From: Candidatus Stahliibacteriota bacterium
Lineage (GTDB): Bacteria > Hydrothermota > Tepidihabitantia > B3-TA06
Assembly (NCBI GenBank): GCA_030592225.1
Contig: JAUVJT010000001.1
Coordinates: 1 to 39,115 of the forward strand
Direction of reading: 5' to 3'
Length of the DNA: 39,115 bases
Part shown: positions 34,917 through 39,115 of the stretch, one piece after another
How the letters are laid out: every line of letters begins with the position of its first letter
How positions within the stretch are numbered: the stretch's first letter is position 1
Program-made: the position numbers and the translations under genes
Notes under the pieces: model-generated
What the model was told of the DNA's origin: nothing
The model's database searches: none
Seen by the model: only the letters and a program-made list of their open reading frames with translations

Positions 34917-36278
34917 ATGCCCAGACCGACCACAAATCCCAAGATACTTCTAACCACCGCATACCGACACTCAAAGAACGATTATTACGACGCGATAGGG
35001 GCGAACTTCGTGCGCACCCCTCGCTTTGCCATCCCCCGTACCGTAGCCTCGGGACTGCGATTCATCAAGCAGAACGTTCCGGATATCGAGATAATGGAGT
35101 ATCCCCTGTGGCACGAGTTCACAGCAAAGCTTGCCGAAGGCTGGGACGTTGTGGGATTTTCGTTCTTCCAGCACGACATCGGAGAGGTGCTGGAGATGGC
35201 TGCGGAGGCGCGGCGTCAGGGGGTCAAGGAAATATGGGCAGGTGGCTATGGTGCACTCGATTCGATTGCCGAGGAGTTTGCCGACCGTGTCTTCTACGGC
35301 TACTCAGAGGAACAGCTCCTTGCTGAGCTTTTTGGCCGCAAGCTGGACAGGCTGCGCCACCCTCCCCTGGTATGGCCTTTAAACATCAATCTCCCACCGG
35401 CAATTCCATACAAGAAACTGGGTATCGTCAACACCCAGCGCGGCTGTCCCTACCGCTGCACATTCTGCCAGACTCCAGTACATGCGCCACACCCTTCACG
35501 TATTCCGCTTGAAAGCATCGAGGAAATAATTCGTTACTACCGATCCGTGGGTATCAATGAGGTATGGATAATCGACGAAACCTTCTACACCTTTCCTTCC
35601 CACTCGAAAGCGGTTATCGACATGTTGGCCAGATACGATATGCACTGGAAACCGATGACGCGCGCCGATTTATGCCTTGAGCATCTCGACAGCTGGGTTG
35701 ACCGGGGCATGGTGATGGTCTCGGTGGGGGTGGAAAGCGTCAACAACGAGATACTGGCCAAGATCGGCAAGAGAACGAACATAGAACTCATGCAGGAGTT
35801 CAGGCGTCGCACCATAGAGAAGAAGGTCTTCGTTCTCGCCTATTACATGTTAGGCTACGAGGAGAATACATATGAGTCTATACTTCGGGATATCGAGGTC
35901 ATACGCAAGAACCTCTGGTTCGATCTCTTCCAGCTCACCGTGATGACACCTTACCCCCGAACCCCGCTATGGTACGATTTGGAGTCGCGCTACGGCATCT
36001 TTGAACGTGACTATCATAAGTTCGACGCACGCCACCTGGTTTGGAATCACCCCAACATCAGTCCTCGCCAGATGGATAAGCTTCTGCGGATGGCCATGGC
36101 CCACCTTAATATCCCGATGCGTAACTACATTAAAGGACTTATAGGGTTAGGCCAGCGTCGCATACACCAGAAGGGTTTTGGCTTTCTGTGGGATGACGTG
36201 GCCCGGCCGTTTCTGCATTCGCTGAGATATAACGAACGCAAACAGGTGTCCTTGCCCCGGCTGGAGAAAAAACCCTGA
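34917..36278 (+). CDS. B12-binding-domain-type (class B-like) radical SAM protein, paralogue 2
   Basis: Identical RGCPYRCTFCQ motif. Collinear with paralogue 1 without indels, with well over half the residues identical by eye. The ATG at 34917 lies 1 nt after the upstream TAA with GAGAGGA upstream; the track start at 34854 overlaps gene 1. Confidence 0.9.
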   Translation: MPRPTTNPKILLTTAYRHSKNDYYDAIGANFVRTPRFAIPRTVASGLRFIKQNVPDIEIMEYPLWHEFTAKLAEGWDVVGFSFFQHDIGEVLEMAAEARRQGVKEIWAGGYGALDSIAEEFADRVFYGYSEEQLLAELFGRKLDRLRHPPLVWPLNINLPPAIPYKKLGIVNTQRGCPYRCTFCQTPVHAPHPSRIPLESIEEIIRYYRSVGINEVWIIDETFYTFPSHSKAVIDMLARYDMHWKPMTRADLCLEHLDSWVDRGMVMVSVGVESVNNEILAKIGKRTNIELMQEFRRRTIEKKVFVLAYYMLGYEENTYESILRDIEVIRKNLWFDLFQLTVMTPYPRTPLWYDLESRYGIFERDYHKFDARHLVWNHPNISPRQMDKLLRMAMAHLNIPMRNYIKGLIGLGQRRIHQKGFGFLWDDVARPFLHSLRYNERKQVSLPRLEKKP

Positions 36279-36387
36279 GACGAGGAAAACCCCGCCGGCG
36301 CCGAGATAGTCCCTCCCGCTTAGTCGACTCCACTACCAGACTACCCTTAGGTAACTTACGTACCAGTGATATGAGGACGAAGGAAAC

Positions 36388-37554
36388 CTACTGTGGTGAC
36401 TCCTGTGGAGCAAGCAGCCGCTGGATTGTCCGGCGGGCCGACGAGTGGGCAGGATTAAACCGCAGGGCGGTCTCCAACACCATAATCGCCGCTGAAATCT
36501 GACCTCTTTGAGCGTAAAGATATGACAGGTTATCGTAGGAATCCATAAACGTGGGATCGGCGCGAATCGCCTGCTTGAATGAGAGAACCGCCTTGTCGAA
36601 ATACCCCTCTGCATTATAGACAAACCCCAGGTTGTTGAGGATCATTGCATACATTCTGCTGGATTCCGGAAGCATCCACTCCGCCATACGAGCGCCTGTC
36701 TTCAGTATTTCTTCAGCTTCCTTCAACCGTCCCTGACGATAAAAAAGACTCCCCAGCTTGACGTATGCACTTATATTCTCCTGATTCTCACGCTGCGCCC
36801 GGCGGTAATATTCTTCCGCGCGCGCGTAATCCTTTTGGCTCTCAGCAATACCGCCGAGAAGAGAAGAAGTTTCGCTCCGCTCGTATCCCAGCTCGTAAGC
36901 CTTGGTCATCATTTCCGCCGCCTGTACCTGATTTCTAGTCATCCGATAGTAGATACCCAGTTGGTAATAGCAGTATCCCGGTTTGAAATTATACTCAAGC
37001 GCTTCCCTAAAAGCCCGCTCACCTATCTCGTAGTGCCTGGACTTCATCGCCGTGAGGGCGTAGTCAACGTGAGTCGCCTTCAGGGGAAACTCCTCGGGAC
37101 GCTGCCTCATGCGTGAAAATATCTCGAAAGCCGTCTGATCCTGACCCAGAAGAGCATGGCAGCGCGCGCGCTGGTAAGTCACCCAGGGAACGTCAAGCCC
37201 GGCACGCTCCGCCTTCTGGTAAAAAGCAAGTGCCTGATTGTAATCCCTGCGCGTGTAGTATACCTCGGCTTGCAGAAAATCGGCAAGAACGGCAAATTCC
37301 TGCTCCTGCCGGGGAGAAGTCTTCATGGGCTGAAAGAACCCCGCTATCGGAAGGGCAAGAACGACAAACAGACCTGAAAGAACAAGAAGCCATCTGGATT
37401 TGAAGAATACGGCCAGAACCAGAACAACGGCCAGAGGCGGTGCAATAAACCACAAGGCAGACATGGCAAGAAGTAACGGGGGCAGAAGAGCAATCAAAAC
37501 AGCGCCCACCACTACGGCAATAACGTGGGCGGTCGAGACTCCGACGCTCCTCAT
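36388..37554 (-). CDS. Membrane-anchored TPR-repeat protein
   Basis: Three N-terminal hydrophobic helices, then about 7 TPR-like units (..YNQALAFYQKAERAG.., ..YARAEEYYRRAQRE.., ..GRLKEAEEILKTGARM.., FDKAVLSFKQAIRADP..). The start overlaps the upstream gene stop (ATGA). Confidence 0.85.
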   Translation of the reverse strand: MRSVGVSTAHVIAVVVGAVLIALLPPLLLAMSALWFIAPPLAVVLVLAVFFKSRWLLVLSGLFVVLALPIAGFFQPMKTSPRQEQEFAVLADFLQAEVYYTRRDYNQALAFYQKAERAGLDVPWVTYQRARCHALLGQDQTAFEIFSRMRQRPEEFPLKATHVDYALTAMKSRHYEIGERAFREALEYNFKPGYCYYQLGIYYRMTRNQVQAAEMMTKAYELGYERSETSSLLGGIAESQKDYARAEEYYRRAQRENQENISAYVKLGSLFYRQGRLKEAEEILKTGARMAEWMLPESSRMYAMILNNLGFVYNAEGYFDKAVLSFKQAIRADPTFMDSYDNLSYLYAQRGQISAAIMVLETALRFNPAHSSARRTIQRLLAPQESPQ

Positions 37555-38912
37555 TTCTCAACTTCCTTCGGGGATTGCTTGGCCCGCCGCAGGATGATCT
37601 CGCGTCCCAGAAACACCACTGCAAGCGAAGCAAAAATCACCAGCGCCAGTTGCCACGGGAAGATAAGCGCTGCTCGCTCGGCACCGAACAGCGAATATCC
37701 GCAAAACACCAGCAGGAAAACCGCAAGCGTGTTCAAAAGCACAGATGGTACGAAGTATCGTTGGAGTCGCAGAGGAGGCATTGTCAGAACAAGCGCCACG
37801 ACAAGAAAACAAACGTAGACAAACAAGGTTGGGTACCCCAGGCACCACGCAAAGGCTGTGGCCAGAACGAACATCCCGCCTGCAGCCCTGCGGAATGTCT
37901 TTCTGTCCGCTTCACTGCGCTCCGAATCGTAGCCGCGGCTCAGGAACAGGTGTACTGCAGCTGAGGCGGCTCCCAGAATAAACAGGGCAATCAGAGCCAG
38001 GTAGTCAAACGGGTTGCGCGGAACGCCTACCAGGAGATCGCGCAGGCCGAGCCATGCAAACAGGAAGCCCGCGCCTGCAGCAAACGCCGATATTATCATT
38101 ATAACGGGATCAAGAGAACGAATTAAAAGGCGCGTTTTCTCCTTGCTGTACAAAAACAGCCCGAGCCACAGCATTGGGGTAAACGGGAAAAGAAGAACCA
38201 ATGCGTACTTACGGGTGGAGGAGTTGATGAGTCCACCCAAAAAGTAAAGCGACTGGGTTGACGAAGGGTCGCCCGGCAAAAGACCCATGATCTGCTGCGT
38301 ACCGCCGGTGACTACAGCGGCTACTGCCATAATAATCGGGGTAAGCAGAATCGAGATTATCTTCCGCCGGGTAGTACGGGCTCGAAGACCACTGTATATC
38401 GCAACCAACAAAACAGCTAGATATATCTCTACCAGCATCCCGGGAGAAGTGCCGTAAGGAACCACTGCCTCCCCCCACGAGGAGAAAATAAGCCAGGGCT
38501 GCAAGATAGCCTTGATTCCGTTGATGACCATTGCGGGATCGCCGGGGTAGGCAAGATTAAAACCGCCGGAACGAAACAGGGGATCGACCAACGGCGGAAT
38601 CATGATGATAAACGAATAAACTAAAAGCACCCGAATTGTCTTGCGGAAATCTATCCCGGCGACGAGACGCATCAATAGCGCTATTGCGAGATACATCACG
38701 AAGTAGAAGAGGGAATAATGCAGAAACAGCATCTCGATGGTCAGGATAGTGGTTACAGTATTCCCTGTCCCTGATGTCTCCATCACGCCTTCCGTTATAT
38801 TGCGCACGACCGTGTAGCCATAAGCTATCAGGATAAACGTCCCGAGAGACATCGTCGATTTCTCCACCGGTTTGATGAAGGTGTTGTCTAACCAGTTAAA
38901 AAACTTTTTCAT
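37551..38912 (-). CDS. Polytopic integral membrane protein of unknown function (about 12 TM helices)
   Basis: RBS GGAAGGAGAG upstream of the ATG at 38912. Hydrophobic helices are spread across the 453 aa. The C-terminal third has a weak UbiA-like flavour (..TMPPLRLQRYFVPSVLLN..), but I could not recognise intact Asp-rich motifs. Confidence 0.7.
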   Translation of the reverse strand: MKKFFNWLDNTFIKPVEKSTMSLGTFILIAYGYTVVRNITEGVMETSGTGNTVTTILTIEMLFLHYSLFYFVMYLAIALLMRLVAGIDFRKTIRVLLVYSFIIMIPPLVDPLFRSGGFNLAYPGDPAMVINGIKAILQPWLIFSSWGEAVVPYGTSPGMLVEIYLAVLLVAIYSGLRARTTRRKIISILLTPIIMAVAAVVTGGTQQIMGLLPGDPSSTQSLYFLGGLINSSTRKYALVLLFPFTPMLWLGLFLYSKEKTRLLIRSLDPVIMIISAFAAGAGFLFAWLGLRDLLVGVPRNPFDYLALIALFILGAASAAVHLFLSRGYDSERSEADRKTFRRAAGGMFVLATAFAWCLGYPTLFVYVCFLVVALVLTMPPLRLQRYFVPSVLLNTLAVFLLVFCGYSLFGAERAALIFPWQLALVIFASLAVVFLGREIILRRAKQSPKEVEK

Positions 38913-38957
38913 TAACTCTCTCCTTCCAGTTAGATTGAATGATACTAATCAGAAAGA

Positions 38958-38985
38958 ATTATAGGAAGGCACACTCGACTGTCAA
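38958..38985 (-). promoter_or_regulatory. Consensus sigma70 promoter of the membrane-protein/TPR operon
   Basis: On the minus strand, TTGACA (38985-38980), 16 nt spacer, TATAAT (38963-38958). Confidence 0.55.
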
Positions 38986-39115
38986 CCCAACAGCGAAACT
39001 TCCTGATTCAAGTAAACAATGCGTGCCCGATCGTAATCTCCGTTTAAACCTCTGGATTCCACCTTCCTGCAACAAATCAATCAGCGCTTCTCTTCGGTCT
39101 CTTCATCCCTGTCTC

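Noticed and set aside
36371-36502. 43-codon + strand ORF after the second rSAM gene with a Cys-containing start (MRTKETYCGDSCGASS..), considered as a RiPP precursor
   Set aside because: It has no Shine-Dalgarno and is almost entirely antisense to the well-supported 3' end of the TPR gene. A functional overlap is unlikely without further evidence.
38986-39115. Possible gene fragment at the right edge
   Set aside because: Only about 130 nt are available and short open stretches exist in several frames on both strands. No start, stop or RBS pattern or motif is strong enough to call a CDS.
1-39115. Search for tRNA, rRNA, transposase, integrase, reverse transcriptase, cas or phage structural genes
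   Set aside because: None of the intergenic regions shows tRNA-like cloverleaf signatures, and none of the ORFs carries the hallmark motifs of these families. The window appears to be chromosomal with small accessory patches rather than a mobile element.

Overview
This 39.1-kb window looks chromosomal and comes from what appears to be an uncultivated bacterium that uses a type IX secretion system (T9SS C-terminal sorting domains, CARDB and LVIVD surface proteins), so probably FCB-superphylum-like. G+C is moderately high, with a few visibly AT-richer islets. I support about 27 protein genes. They are: a large secreted CARDB-repeat protein that runs off the left edge and is missing from the ORF track; a GT2 / GT4 / MprF-like flippase / YfhO glycosylation operon; a lipoprotein; mfd; a C-N hydrolase; argS; a four-gene translationally coupled operon (sensor-less hybrid histidine kinase, CheY-like receiver, REC-DUF4388-degenerate-GTPase fusion, divergent EF-G paralogue); tmk plus a small Cys-rich protein; a TonB-dependent receptor behind a cobalamin riboswitch; a class II Fic protein; a V4R/DUF2378-like protein; a T9SS cargo protein flanked by several palindromic and iterated repeats, followed by an orphan T9SS-CTD fragment; and a cluster of a LolA/LolB-like protein, two paralogous LVIVD beta-propeller proteins, two tandem paralogous B12-binding-type radical SAM enzymes, and a convergent TPR/polytopic-membrane operon. 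Nearly every transcription unit has a recognisable TTGACA-16/17-TAnAnT promoter, and several of these abut the start codon, which suggests leaderless transcripts. I saw no rRNA, tRNA, CRISPR array, transposase or integrase. The two best candidates for something undescribed are (i) the phosphorelay / pseudo-GTPase / EF-G-paralogue operon at 15.1-20.8 kb and (ii) the LVIVD x2 + radical SAM x2 envelope cluster at 28.8-39.0 kb. All domain calls are by-eye motif recognition without database searches.
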